A DNA stretch of 32,000 nt from Pyrobaculum aerophilum str. IM2 (GTDB lineage: Archaea > Thermoproteota > Thermoprotei > Thermoproteales > Thermoproteaceae), in contig NC_003364.1 in assembly GCF_000007225.1 (NCBI RefSeq), positions 960,001 to 992,000 of the forward strand. The letters run 5' to 3'. The notes under the pieces are model-generated. The model made no database searches. It was not told the DNA's origin and saw only the letters and a list, made by a program, of their open reading frames with translations. The position numbers and the translations under genes were made by a program. Within the stretch, counting starts at the first letter, position 1, and the number at the start of each line of letters is the position of its first letter. Shown here piece after piece: positions 1-9,596 of the stretch.

Positions 1-63
1 ATAGCAACATCTCAGCGTTTAGCCAAAAAGTAAAAATTAAAATATTACACGTAACTTACTGCT

Positions 64-777
64 ATGAGTTACCAACATGTTGCTATTTACATAGCGGGAG
101 ATATTATAGTGTCAGATAATCCCGGTGAGGCTATTAAAAAGTGGAGACTTATTTTCGGCTTGACCCAGACCGCTATTGCAACGCGGCTAAAAACTTCGCC
201 TAGTGTAATAAGCGATTACGAGTCTGGCCGCAGGAAGTTCCCAGGTTCTAGATTTGTCAAAAAATTTGTACAGGCGTTGATAGAGACGGATTTAGAGCGG
301 GGAGGCATTGTGATAAACCTCCTTGAGCGCCAGTTGTTAAAAGAGAAGTTCTGGATAGCAGTGTTAGACATGAGGGAGTTTACTGAGCCAGTCCCAGTGT
401 CCAATTTTCTACAGGCAATAGACGCCGAGGTAATAGTATCGCCTCCCGCCGGGCTTGACGTGCATGGCTACACTATTGTCGACAGTGTCAGGCTGGTGTT
501 AGAAGTCCCCTCTGTGGAATACGTGAGGCTGTATGGTAGCACGACTCAACGCGCCGCTATATTCACCAAAGTGTCTACGGGTAGGTCGCCTATGATAGCA
601 ATAAAATCCATGTCCGCAGTTTTGAGCGTTAAACCCGCTCTAGTTGTCCTCCACGGGATAAAATCCGAGGCGGTTGATCCCCTGGCAGTCGAGATCGCTA
701 AGAGAGGCCACATCCCTCTGGCGACTACCACAATGGGTATAGAGAAGCTAATAGAAAATCTGAGACACTTTAAATAA
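64..777 (+). CDS. HTH (XRE/Cro-type) transcriptional regulator, conserved archaeal family
   Basis: 237-aa ORF. The N-terminal segment WRLIFGLTQTAIATRLKTSPSVISDYESGRR is a typical XRE-type helix-turn-helix. The long C-terminal domain resembles archaeal COG1395-like regulators (from memory). Confidence 0.6.
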   Translation: MSYQHVAIYIAGDIIVSDNPGEAIKKWRLIFGLTQTAIATRLKTSPSVISDYESGRRKFPGSRFVKKFVQALIETDLERGGIVINLLERQLLKEKFWIAVLDMREFTEPVPVSNFLQAIDAEVIVSPPAGLDVHGYTIVDSVRLVLEVPSVEYVRLYGSTTQRAAIFTKVSTGRSPMIAIKSMSAVLSVKPALVVLHGIKSEAVDPLAVEIAKRGHIPLATTTMGIEKLIENLRHFK

Positions 778-1257
778 TTATTTCGACCCATCGTTAATAA
801 TTCTCGATATTCTCAACAAGTTCCCTAATCCTTTAGTTGCCTCGTGCCTCTTCTTCAGCCTCCTCTCCTTTGCCTTCTTCTTATACTTATAGTTATGAGT
901 CTCTCTGAACTTAGTCGAGACTAAGCCACGCGATTTTCTGCCGGCGGATGTGAGACCTCTAAAGGCCCTGCCTCTTTTTCGTTTGACTTTTACCAGTTTT
1001 GGATACGTCGGGTCAGGAGCCTGGGCCCTGCCCTCTAGAAGGTCTATTAGCCACTTTCTCAACGCTTCAATGTTCTGGGGCCAAGACGTCTCCCTTCTCT
1101 CGTCCACTGGTATTCCCAGCAACCTTGCTTGATCCACGCTGAGACCTAAAGCGCGTAGCTCTCCTATGGAGAACCCTCTGCCGTACTTCCACTTAACTAC
1201 TCCGCCGTGGGTTATTTTGGCGGGCGTCTTAACAAGCGGCTTGGGCACAGATGCCAT
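778..1257 (-). CDS. rpl13e: Ribosomal protein L13e
   Basis: 159-aa basic ORF with [15 protein letters not shown]...[12 protein letters not shown], which matches the L13e signature (GRGFS..EL...G......A...GI.VD.RR). The C-terminus is K/R-rich. An AT box lies about 24 nt upstream. Confidence 0.8.
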   Translation of the reverse strand: MASVPKPLVKTPAKITHGGVVKWKYGRGFSIGELRALGLSVDQARLLGIPVDERRETSWPQNIEALRKWLIDLLEGRAQAPDPTYPKLVKVKRKRGRAFRGLTSAGRKSRGLVSTKFRETHNYKYKKKAKERRLKKRHEATKGLGNLLRISRIINDGSK

Positions 1258-1277
1258 TGATCCCCTTCAAAAACCTC

Positions 1278-1285
1278 TTTATAAA
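1278..1285 (-). promoter_or_regulatory. TATA-like box (TTTATAAA) for the leaderless L13e gene
   Basis: Palindromic TTTATAAA centred about 24 nt upstream of the ATG at 1257. Confidence 0.45.
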
Positions 1286-1332
1286 TCTTAGCCCGCAGAC
1301 AAGCTTATTTACTGGCGTTAACTCTCCACTAG

Positions 1333-1644
1333 ATGCACCGGACTCTAGCCACAGTGGCGCTCTTCAAATTTTTCATAGCCGCTGTGATATTCTCCACTAC
1401 TTCGGCCATAGATCCGGTACTGTTAACTAGCAGTCTGTTAATGGCCATATCGGCTTTAATATTGCGTATAGTAGAGGAGGGAGAAGTGGCATTTGTACTG
1501 GTAGGGCTCATATTACTAATTGATATAATAGGCCTGCTCCTCTCATTTACATATGCAACATTTAAAATAATTCTGTCATATATTTTCCTTATAATATGGG
1601 ATATTCAAATACTTATACTTTTTAGACAAATTTTACAGAGTTAA
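1333..1644 (+). CDS. Hypothetical small membrane protein
   Basis: 103-aa ORF with about 3 strongly hydrophobic segments, in an AT-rich stretch. I recognise no homology. It competes with a 60-aa antisense ORF. Confidence 0.3.
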   Translation: MHRTLATVALFKFFIAAVIFSTTSAIDPVLLTSSLLMAISALILRIVEEGEVAFVLVGLILLIDIIGLLLSFTYATFKIILSYIFLIIWDIQILILFRQILQS

Positions 1645-1645
1645 T

Positions 1646-1984
1646 TTATTCAACAACTTTAATACTTCTATGTATCTTATAAAAGTCTAAAAACCCCCAC
1701 GCCTCAAATACAATCTCTAATTCCCCGGGTCCAGCCAATATCTTAACTATATTACCATCAACGGTATACTGAACAGCCCCCTTAGCATTAACTCTATACC
1801 TAAAATTTTGAACAAAGATATAGAGTTTGTCTAAATCTATAATTCCTCCGCTTTTTATTAATGTAGGTAGAGGATACTTTTTAAAAATATTAACAAGCCT
1901 ATAATCATATTGTATTTTCTGGAATAAGTAAATACCAATTATCGTTATTATAATAGATGTTAATAACTCAAAAGTTAGGTTCAT
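1646..1984 (-). CDS. Hypothetical protein with N-terminal transmembrane anchor
   Basis: 112-aa ORF with N-terminal LLTSIIITIIGIYLF. Its start overlaps the stop of the upstream HIT-like ORF by 4 nt, suggesting an operon. Confidence 0.4.
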   Translation of the reverse strand: MNLTFELLTSIIITIIGIYLFQKIQYDYRLVNIFKKYPLPTLIKSGGIIDLDKLYIFVQNFRYRVNAKGAVQYTVDGNIVKILAGPGELEIVFEAWGFLDFYKIHRSIKVVE

Positions 1985-2295
1985 TGTAATTTATTGATAA
2001 TATTTTCTTTTACATCATCGTTAGACAGCGGTATTACCTTAATCCCTCCGAAAAAAGCGACGTTAATATCTCCGCACCAGCGGGGAATGATGTGGATTTC
2101 CTCCCCTGTGATATATATGTTAAACCCCTCCGGGGAAAACTCCTCTTTTTCTAGTTTAATAAGCGAGTCAATTAAGCCCTTGAGCCTCTTTAGCTCAGCC
2201 TCAGAGAGCTCGAATATTGACTTCTTTAGTCTTATTACCACATGTCCTCCGTTAAAGGGCCTTTCCGCAACTTCTACTGAGGCCCAAGGCTCCAC
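1981..2295 (-). CDS. HIT-like protein with a degenerate histidine triad
   Basis: 104 aa. ...FNIYITGEEIHIIPRW... aligns to the HIT motif H-x-H-x-H-(I/V)-(I/V)-P-R, but only one His is kept. Confidence 0.45.
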   Translation of the reverse strand: MEPWASVEVAERPFNGGHVVIRLKKSIFELSEAELKRLKGLIDSLIKLEKEEFSPEGFNIYITGEEIHIIPRWCGDINVAFFGGIKVIPLSNDDVKENIINKLQ

Positions 2296-2324
2296 TTACA
2301 AAGAGAATTAGGCGTTAAAAAATC

Positions 2325-3326
2325 TTACTTTACAGGCACCTTTATGTTAAGCGCCTTTGCCAGCTCTTTATATCTATTTCTAACTGTCACCTCAGTCACC
2401 CCCGCAGCCACTGCGAAGTCTTTCTGCGTCCTATTGTCGCCGTGCATTAGCGATGCTATATACACAGCAGCTGCCGCCAGACCCGCTGGATCTTTACCTG
2501 CCGTAATACCCGCCTTTTTCGCCTTTTGTAAGATATCAATTGCCGTTTTGACCACCTCGCCGCTTAGCTTTAACTGCTCTGCTATTCTTGATATGTATAG
2601 TATGGGGTCGCTAATGGGGACTTTTACGTTCAGCTCCCTGAGCAACAGCCTATAACACCTAGCCACCTCTCTTCTAGAGGCCTTCGTATATCTCACTAAT
2701 TCGTCGAGAGGTCTCGGCATTTTCATCATGCGACACGCCATGTATAGGGCAGCAGCCGCCATGGCCTCGACGGACCTGCCTCTTACTAGCTCTTTTTCTA
2801 ATGCCTGTCTGTAGATCTCCAGCGCCTGTTCTATACAAGGCCTTGGGATGCCCATGGCACTTCTCAGCCTTTCAAGCTCCTGCGCCGCTTGTATGAAATT
2901 CCTTTCATATGAAGTCTGGACCCTGGCCCTCGTCTGCCACTTCCTCAGCCTAATTACTTCAAGTTTTCTCTTGATGTCAAGCTCCTTGCCGGAGACGTCC
3001 TTATCCCTCCAGTCAATTACAGTGGTAAGCGCCTCTGAGATAAGCCTCGTGAGCGGGGCGCCCGTGCGAGCCCGCTGGCCCTTTTCCTCAGAGGTGAAGG
3101 CCCTCCACTCAGGTCCCAAGTCTAGGAGCTGTTCTTGCACCACGGCCCCACATACTATACACACGGCCTCTCCCCTCTCGTAGTTATAAACGAATTTGTC
3201 GTTGCCACAAATGGGGCACTTATATACCTCGCCACTCTCAGTGACAAGGCTTAAATATCCTTCACTATCTTTATTAACTCGGAGCTTGAGGGGCTTTCCA
3301 GAGGAGGGGGGATTTGAGACCGACAT
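2325..3326 (-). CDS. tfb: Transcription initiation factor IIB (TFB)
   Basis: 333 aa with an N-terminal Zn ribbon (CPICG...CIVCG) followed by two cyclin-fold repeats (SRREVARCY..., ...TQKDFAVAAGVTEVTVRNRYKEL). Confidence 0.95.
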   Translation of the reverse strand: MSVSNPPSSGKPLKLRVNKDSEGYLSLVTESGEVYKCPICGNDKFVYNYERGEAVCIVCGAVVQEQLLDLGPEWRAFTSEEKGQRARTGAPLTRLISEALTTVIDWRDKDVSGKELDIKRKLEVIRLRKWQTRARVQTSYERNFIQAAQELERLRSAMGIPRPCIEQALEIYRQALEKELVRGRSVEAMAAAALYMACRMMKMPRPLDELVRYTKASRREVARCYRLLLRELNVKVPISDPILYISRIAEQLKLSGEVVKTAIDILQKAKKAGITAGKDPAGLAAAAVYIASLMHGDNRTQKDFAVAAGVTEVTVRNRYKELAKALNIKVPVK

Positions 3327-3350
3327 AGCGTGTTTATAAGCTTTTCTCAG

Positions 3351-3360
3351 ATATATAAAT
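3351..3360 (-). promoter_or_regulatory. TATA-like box for tfb
   Basis: ATTTATATAT on the minus strand, 25-34 nt upstream of the ATG at 3326. Confidence 0.45.
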
Positions 3361-3393
3361 CTTTCGTTTATTGCTCCAGCGTTGATTAGTAGC

Positions 3394-4353
3394 CTATACT
3401 GATTTTAAAAGCCTTCTAACTTTTGCAAGGGCTCCATATATTTGGGTCAGCCCGTGCGCTCCCCTTAAGATGGCGTAATGCGCCTCCGCTATTATATACG
3501 CGATCTCCGGCTTTACGTACTCCTGGACGTCCAGCCTCAGCATTTCTCTGTGAATCTGTTTAATTATTTCCAGCTCCCCCACGCCGCCGTCTGCCACAAA
3601 GCCGTATATTTGCGTCGCTGCCTTTCCGAAACTGCCCTTCACCGCTTCATATAGTGTCTCCCTCAACAGCCTGGGGCTTACCATTCCCAAAGCCTTTGCC
3701 ACCACCTCCTCAGTGACGGCCTTGCTTACAGTGGCCGCTATTTGTAACGCGTTTATCGCCCTCCTCATATCGCCTTGTGTAAATTCATATATAGCCTCCA
3801 ACGCGTCGTCTGATACCTTCACGCCCTCATTCTCAGCTATATAGCGAAGACGTGCGAACACGGCCTCTTTCGGAAGCGGCGAGAATCTTATCATGACAGT
3901 GCGCGACTGTATAGGCTCAATAATTCCGCTGACGTAATTTGCCAGTAGTATAAATCTTGTGTTTTGTGCGTATATTTCCATTATTCTGCGGAGTGCTTGT
4001 TGTGCGTCTGAGGTCATGTTGTCAGCCTCGTCTAGTATTACTAATTTAAACGGCGCTTTTCCCACCGGCGCCGTCCTCGCGAACTCCTTCACTCTCTCTC
4101 TAATTACGTTTATCCCCCTCTCGTCTGAGGCGTTTAGCTCAAGGGTATTCTCCCGCCAGTACTCCCCGTAGAGCTCCCTCGCCAAAACTAAAGCCATGGT
4201 AGTCTTCCCAGTGCCCGGAGGGCCGTAGAAAAGGAGATGGGGCATATTCCCGGCTTTAACAAACTGCCTAAGCCTAGCCTTAACCTCCTCTAAATCCACC
4301 ACCTCATCAAAAGAACGAGGACGGTATTTCTCAAACCAAAACAACTCGCTCAT
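3394..4353 (-). CDS. rfcS: Replication factor C, small subunit
   Basis: 319 aa. N-terminal RFC box (WFEKYRP), Walker [10 protein letters not shown], Walker [10 protein letters not shown] and QSR (SRC-like) motif. The start overlaps the upstream ORF stop by 4 nt. Confidence 0.95.
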
Positions 4354-4808
4354 ACGTAAAACTCCTCTGCCAGCTCTGTTTTAATATATTGACCGCCTTT
4401 TAATAACACATAGCCGAGCCTATTTAGGACTTGAAGCAATTCGTAGTCGCGCTCACTGAGCTTCTCAGCGTCTTTAACAGACATGGGCAGCTTGTCTAGC
4501 AAATCTCGCGCCGCCTCTTTCAACACTACCAGTTCTTTATTGGCCCCCTCATCGCGAAGTACTAACACTAAGCCCCTTTCCAGTGCCTGTCTAAGCGCTG
4601 GTTTTGACTTCACTTCAGAAAGGGGCATGAACTTCCTCTCGCGTAATATCTCAATAAGCGAAGACTTAGGCGCTTGCCGCGCCTCGGGTTTTCTCTTCTT
4701 TAACTCTCTTAATTCTTCCAAAACAGTATTGAGCAGTATTTCAATTTCGTCAAGCCGCTCTAGGATTTTTTTGGCGTCTTCGCAATCCTCCCTACGCATG
4801 TATTTCAA
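4350..4808 (-). CDS. Hypothetical protein (charged, coiled-coil-like)
   Basis: 152-aa ORF translationally coupled on both sides: it overlaps the GTPase stop and the rfcS start. I recognise no domain. Confidence 0.5.
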   Translation of the reverse strand: MKYMRREDCEDAKKILERLDEIEILLNTVLEELRELKKRKPEARQAPKSSLIEILRERKFMPLSEVKSKPALRQALERGLVLVLRDEGANKELVVLKEAARDLLDKLPMSVKDAEKLSERDYELLQVLNRLGYVLLKGGQYIKTELAEEFYV

Positions 4809-5961
4809 CTATTTCGTTGTCAGAAAGCACGTAGTCGCGCCCAACGCGCTTAGGGCGATTGGGGAAATCCTCCCGGCGCCAAACCACGGCGTATTTAAAA
4901 GTCTCGGCCAGGGATGAGTGTATCATCGCCGCCACCTCGCCCACTGTAGAGCCGGCCTTCACTACAATGGGCTTTGGCGTGTACGTCTTTGAGTGAATAG
5001 GCTTAGTGAAGACTCTGATTCTCCCAGTGACCTTTAACAAATCCTCTAAAAGCCTCCTCTTGTCAACGCTACACGTTTTTAAGTCGGCGAGGTAATACCT
5101 CACGCCGCTTTTCGATAATAAATCAATAACTGAGTCCGAGGGCTTTAGTAAATCTGTCTTGGAAATCACCGCTATAGTCGGCTTATAGATCCTGTCTAAA
5201 TAAAGAGCTTCTTCAACTTCGTCTAGAGTAACCTCCCCCTCTATGCGCACCACTGCGTGGTATATTCCATATTCGTTTAATATTTTCTTTACATCATTTA
5301 GAGTGCCGCCTATAACCCTCCCCGAACCCATGATTTGTATCCCGCCGAGGCCCCTTCTCTCTATCTTTACATAATTCCGCAATGGGGTTAGGTAAACCCC
5401 CTCGTCCTCAAAAAACTGGAAAATCCTTTCCACAGCCCCGCGGTCTGTATCTGCGCCAATTACTAAAATCACTGCGTCTGCGTTTCTCACCGTCGCCAAA
5501 GCTATGGCGTTTAAATCACTGCTTTGATCAAGGACTAGGCTCGGCGTCTTAACCAGCTGCACGTAAACGCCGTCCTCCACGAACATTGAAGGCACGGGTT
5601 CCACTGTTGAAAAAGGCAAGTCGTCAGGTCTAAGCGTTGTGTTTGATAGACAACACAGCAGAGAGGTCTTGCCGGAGCTTGGAGGGCCCACGACCGCCAC
5701 TTGTATATCCCCCTCTTTAGCCACATAAAGGCGCGATCCGCCACCGCCCCGCAGAGCTCTCTCCTTCTCCCGCCGCTCGTTCAACTCCCTCTTCAGCTCA
5801 GCCATCCTTCTCCTTATATGCTTTATCAACTTCTCAGTCCCCTTATGTTTAGGCACTGTGGATAAAAACTCCTCCATCGCCTTAATCTTCTCCTCAGGCG
5901 TCTTCGCCTCCATCACCTTAAGCCAAGCCGCTTTAGCCTCCGCTGGCAAATTGGCAGGCAC
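4792..5961 (-). CDS. DRG/Obg-class GTP-binding protein with C-terminal TGS domain
   Basis: 389 aa with P-loop GPPSSGKTSLL and a charged helical N-terminus typical of archaeal DRG. The C-terminus is TGS-like (VFTKP...VVKAGSTVGEVAAMIH). GTG start with AGGTG 10-14 nt upstream, 23 nt after the crotonase-family stop. Confidence 0.8.
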   Translation of the reverse strand: MPANLPAEAKAAWLKVMEAKTPEEKIKAMEEFLSTVPKHKGTEKLIKHIRRRMAELKRELNERREKERALRGGGGSRLYVAKEGDIQVAVVGPPSSGKTSLLCCLSNTTLRPDDLPFSTVEPVPSMFVEDGVYVQLVKTPSLVLDQSSDLNAIALATVRNADAVILVIGADTDRGAVERIFQFFEDEGVYLTPLRNYVKIERRGLGGIQIMGSGRVIGGTLNDVKKILNEYGIYHAVVRIEGEVTLDEVEEALYLDRIYKPTIAVISKTDLLKPSDSVIDLLSKSGVRYYLADLKTCSVDKRRLLEDLLKVTGRIRVFTKPIHSKTYTPKPIVVKAGSTVGEVAAMIHSSLAETFKYAVVWRREDFPNRPKRVGRDYVLSDNEIVEIHA

Positions 5962-5983
5962 TTATAACACCACCTGGAAATTT

Positions 5984-6694
5984 TTAGCTTTTACCCCGAT
6001 TTCCAGCAAAGAATTTTTTAATTCTAGACCGAGTCTCCTCGCTTGTCGCCGCCTCGGCCAGTTTATACAAATACGGCACTGCCTCGTCCACTCTCTCCAT
6101 TATCCACCTTTTTGCCTTGACAAACGCGCCAATGTGCTCCGGCGGCGAGAAGAGCCTCTCTGGAGACAGTTGCCCTATTTCGGAAACAATGCCGAATCTA
6201 AACGCCTCACCTGCTGTAAAATCTCTACTTAACATAATTCTAAGATGGCCGTAGGAGAATAAGTATTTTCCAATTGATACCGTGTAGGGAGGGAAGAGGC
6301 CAAAATTAATACCTTGTAAGGAAAATTTCAACGCCTCACTAGCCGCCACTACGTAATCAAAGAAATATAGGAGTTCTACTCCTAATCCATATACATCTCC
6401 CTTTATATAAGCAATTATACGCTTATCACAATCAAGAAATTTTTTAATTAATTTATGAATAGTAAATAAATACTCTAATACTCTCTCCTTACTTTCTAGG
6501 AAAACCGAGAGGTCGAGACCAGCGGAGAAGACGGGGCCTTCGTTTGTCACAATTACTTCTCTTTCACAACCCAGCTTCAGCAAGCTTTCAAGTACATCAC
6601 GCGTAATCGCGTTCCTTTTCTCGCCGGTCAGAACTACTTTGTCGTATTTGCCAAATGGCTCAATTCTTATCACAATTCTGACTAATAAATACAT
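5984..6694 (-). CDS. Enoyl-CoA hydratase/isomerase (crotonase) family protein
   Basis: Crotonase pattern VVLTGEKRNAIT...GPVFSAGLDL...GDVYGLGVEL. I moved the start from the ORF-track 6763 to ATG 6694, because the longer form overlaps icd. GTG 6673 is an alternative start. Confidence 0.7.
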   Translation of the reverse strand: MYLLVRIVIRIEPFGKYDKVVLTGEKRNAITRDVLESLLKLGCEREVIVTNEGPVFSAGLDLSVFLESKERVLEYLFTIHKLIKKFLDCDKRIIAYIKGDVYGLGVELLYFFDYVVAASEALKFSLQGINFGLFPPYTVSIGKYLFSYGHLRIMLSRDFTAGEAFRFGIVSEIGQLSPERLFSPPEHIGAFVKAKRWIMERVDEAVPYLYKLAEAATSEETRSRIKKFFAGNRGKS

Positions 6695-6708
6695 TTTAAT
6701 TATATTTG
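6695..6708. promoter_or_regulatory. Shared AT box between divergent crotonase-family and icd genes
   Basis: TTTTAATTATATTT is the only AT-rich element between the two divergent starts. It sits 12-25 nt from the icd ATG at 6720. Confidence 0.4.
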
Positions 6709-6719
6709 CCGCCTCTGCT

Positions 6720-8039
6720 ATGGCTGTAGATATAGAGAAAATCAAACAGGGAATACCCAACATAGTCCCCTACGCTGGGAAGTATGTAGACCCTCCAGAG
6801 GGGGATTACGTAGAGTACACGGGCCCGGGCCAATTCAAAGTCCCCGATAAGGTCGTTATCGGGTACATAGAGGGAGACGGGATAGGGCCAGAGGTGGCTT
6901 ATGCGGCTATTAGAGTGGCAAACGCCGCAGTTGAAAAGGCATATGGGAAGTCTAGAAAAGTAATCTGGTATGAGGTAGTGGTCGGCGAAAAGGCCGAAAA
7001 AATCTTCGGCAACAGACTGCCTGACCAGAGCATTAACGTCTTGAAGAAAATACGGGTGTTTCTTAAAGCCCCGCTTGAGACTCCAGTGGGAGGAGGGTTT
7101 AGAAGTATAAACGTGACGTTGCGCCAGCTCTTTGATCTCTACGCCAATATTAGACCTGTGAAGTACTTCCCGGGCCTCCCCTCGCCTCTGAAAAGGCCAG
7201 AGGTTGTCGATTTAGTAATTTTTAGAGAAAACACAGAGGACGTCTATGCTGGCATTGAGTGGCCTTACAACAGCCCTGAGGCGTCTAAAATCCGGGATTT
7301 CCTGCGTAGGGAGTTCGGAATTAATATAAGAGACGACGCCGGCATTGGCATAAAGCCCATTAGCAAATTCGGCACGCAGAGAATTGCAAGGCTGGCCTTG
7401 AAATTTGCAATTGAAAACAAGAGGCGTGTGGTAACAGTTATGCATAAGGGAAATATCCAGAAATACACCGAAGGCGCATTTAAAGATTGGGCGTTTGAAG
7501 TGGCTAGGAATGAGTTTAGGGAACACGTGGTGTTTGAAGACGAGCTGGCCCAGTACGGCGGCCAGGTGCCCCCGGGCAAAGTCCTTGTTAACGACAGAAT
7601 TGCCGACAATATGTTACAACAGCTACTCACGAGAACGGGGGAATACGACGTAATTCTAGCCCCCAACTTAAATGGGGATTACGTCTCTGACGAGGCCGCT
7701 GGCCTAGTCGGAGGCCTCGGCGTCGCCCCCGGCATTGACGTGGGAGACTGGGGAATGATGGCGGAGCCGGTCCACGGCACAGCGCCTAAATATAGAGGTA
7801 AAAATTACGTAAACCCCACTGCCACAATACTAGCCCTTGAACTACTCTTCCGATTCTTGGGGTGGAGAGAAGCCGCGAATTATATTATCAAAGGAGTTGA
7901 GACTGCATATAGGGAGGGCTATTTCACCGGAGATCTGGCAAGGCAAATGGACGAGGAGGAGAGGAAACATCGGGTTAAGGAGGTGCTTGGGACGCAGGAA
8001 TTTGCCGATAAAGTAGTAGAGATAATAAAAAGATTGTAA
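6720..8039 (+). CDS. icd: Isocitrate dehydrogenase (NADP-type)
   Basis: Motifs IEGDGIGPEV, NLNGDYVSDEAAGLVGGLG and HGTAPKY, with about 440 aa from ATG 6720. The ORF-track start at 6639 adds a hydrophobic extension that overlaps the divergent gene, so I did not use it. Confidence 0.9.
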   Translation: MAVDIEKIKQGIPNIVPYAGKYVDPPEGDYVEYTGPGQFKVPDKVVIGYIEGDGIGPEVAYAAIRVANAAVEKAYGKSRKVIWYEVVVGEKAEKIFGNRLPDQSINVLKKIRVFLKAPLETPVGGGFRSINVTLRQLFDLYANIRPVKYFPGLPSPLKRPEVVDLVIFRENTEDVYAGIEWPYNSPEASKIRDFLRREFGINIRDDAGIGIKPISKFGTQRIARLALKFAIENKRRVVTVMHKGNIQKYTEGAFKDWAFEVARNEFREHVVFEDELAQYGGQVPPGKVLVNDRIADNMLQQLLTRTGEYDVILAPNLNGDYVSDEAAGLVGGLGVAPGIDVGDWGMMAEPVHGTAPKYRGKNYVNPTATILALELLFRFLGWREAANYIIKGVETAYREGYFTGDLARQMDEEERKHRVKEVLGTQEFADKVVEIIKRL

Positions 8040-8041
8040 AA

Positions 8042-8515
8042 TTAGACCTCTTTTGCAAATAAGTACTCTATTGGTCTAAATCCCATTTTTTTGTAAAAGT
8101 TAATAGCTATCTCATTAAGCGCGGGGAAAGATGCCATAATTATCTCTGCGCCTTTCTTCCTTAACTGTTCGACGCCCTCCATCATAAGCCTTTTGCCAAT
8201 GCCCTTCCTCCTGTACTCCGGCAGTATGTAGAACTCTTTTATAACCCCGGCATATCTCGGCTTGTAGAAAATCCTGTCCTCCACGTCGCCCTTCAGCAAC
8301 CCCACTACTTTACTTCCCTCTGCCGCGACTAAAAGCACTGAGGACGGGCTATTTAAGGCGTTTTCGAGATATTTTCTAACGGCTTGTTCTATGTCTGGGA
8401 CTACTTCTAACATGGGGTCAAACTCTGCATTGAGCCGTTTTAACCTAACTACTAGCTGGACGGCAGAGTCAAGGTCTTCTTTTGTGGCGAGTCTAATCAC
8501 TACTGTTGGATACAT
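8042..8515 (-). CDS. GNAT-family N-acetyltransferase
   Basis: 157 aa with the acetyl-CoA binding motif RRKGIGKRLM and a GNAT-type beta-alpha layout. Confidence 0.8.
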   Translation of the reverse strand: MYPTVVIRLATKEDLDSAVQLVVRLKRLNAEFDPMLEVVPDIEQAVRKYLENALNSPSSVLLVAAEGSKVVGLLKGDVEDRIFYKPRYAGVIKEFYILPEYRRKGIGKRLMMEGVEQLRKKGAEIIMASFPALNEIAINFYKKMGFRPIEYLFAKEV

Positions 8516-8658
8516 AAATAGGGTATATTTTCATGTTTTTAAATATTTAATAACAGCATATACTTCTTTTATTTATTAGTATTTACATAAAAATTTTATA
8601 ATTTAAAAATAGTGAATATAGTAAAATTCTCTAGCTATGAATAGTTAATGAAATATAA

Positions 8659-9543
8659 TTAATGTTGTCCTATAAACGTCACTTCGCTTCTTAACAGTTC
8701 AGAAATAGACAACTGCTCATATCTCCCCCTTTCTGACAAGTGTAAAACCACGTACTTGTTATTAATACTAGTTACCGCCATTTTTTCGCCCTTTAAGACT
8801 ATAACATCGCCAGGTTTGTAAGTCGCGATTCTCACAGAATACGTCATATGGTATATCTTCCTGCCGTCTTTTACGCCAACAACCTTAGCCGTCTCTGTTA
8901 CGACGCTAGGGAATTGTCTGTGTATGACGTAAGCCAAATGTCTTGCGAGATTTGCATTTGTTGTATATATATCTATTCCATTTTTCAAATCTTTTATATC
9001 ACTTATAAAACCTATTTTTTTATCTTTAAGTTTATAAAGTTCTTGTTCTATTATGAAAATAATTTTCTTTTTAACGTCATTCTCTATACCTCTAGGATAC
9101 CCTCTAATTTGTAACACAGCGACTTCCCTTCTGCTTAACATCTCTCTACACGAGTTACAAATATCGTAGACGTACTCAAACGTTAAGACGTAAGTAAACA
9201 ATCTCGGCTCAATAGAGGGGTGGGGAGAGCCTTTGACCACTACTCTAGCCGTAAGGCCATCATAACTCTGAGACGCCTCTATTCTCTCTATCGCCCCGCT
9301 AACTGACGCCTTGTCTGACAAGACCTTTGCCGCCAACTCCTCCACGCCTCCCCTCCCCTCTCTAATCCACCTCCCTCTTATAAATAAAGCGCCGCAGTAC
9401 CTACACCTCAAGACTCTGGTTTCCTTTACCTTTACCAGTGGGTGTCTCTCAACGTAACAATCTTCGCACATGCCCTCAATTAGCCTATCAACTAGGCGTC
9501 CGCAAAACGGGCAAGGAATTTTAGCCACGTCTCTACCGGCCAC
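8659..9543 (-). CDS. NMD3-family protein (ribosome-associated, archaeal homologue)
   Basis: 294 aa with an N-terminal cluster of CxxC pairs (CPFCG, CEDC, CRYCG, CNSC), as in the NMD3 N-domain. GTG start. Confidence 0.75.
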   Translation of the reverse strand: MAGRDVAKIPCPFCGRLVDRLIEGMCEDCYVERHPLVKVKETRVLRCRYCGALFIRGRWIREGRGGVEELAAKVLSDKASVSGAIERIEASQSYDGLTARVVVKGSPHPSIEPRLFTYVLTFEYVYDICNSCREMLSRREVAVLQIRGYPRGIENDVKKKIIFIIEQELYKLKDKKIGFISDIKDLKNGIDIYTTNANLARHLAYVIHRQFPSVVTETAKVVGVKDGRKIYHMTYSVRIATYKPGDVIVLKGEKMAVTSINNKYVVLHLSERGRYEQLSISELLRSEVTFIGQH

Positions 9544-9591
9544 CCTCTAAATATTTTTTTACTTCTAAAGCTATGGCGTATGATAGCGGCG
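9542..9591. repeat. Direct repeat A: relic copy of the last 17 codons of the C5-MTase gene
   Basis: 46/50 identical to 14307-14356. Read on the minus strand it encodes PLSYAIALEVKKYLEG, the same as the MTase C-terminus. Confidence 0.85.
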
Positions 9592-9596
9592 TCCTC

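Noticed and set aside
6639-6719. Upstream start (6639) for isocitrate dehydrogenase, and 6763 for the crotonase-family gene
   Set aside because: Both extensions are hydrophobic nonsense that overlap the divergent neighbour. Internal ATGs at 6720 and 6694 sit next to the only AT box.
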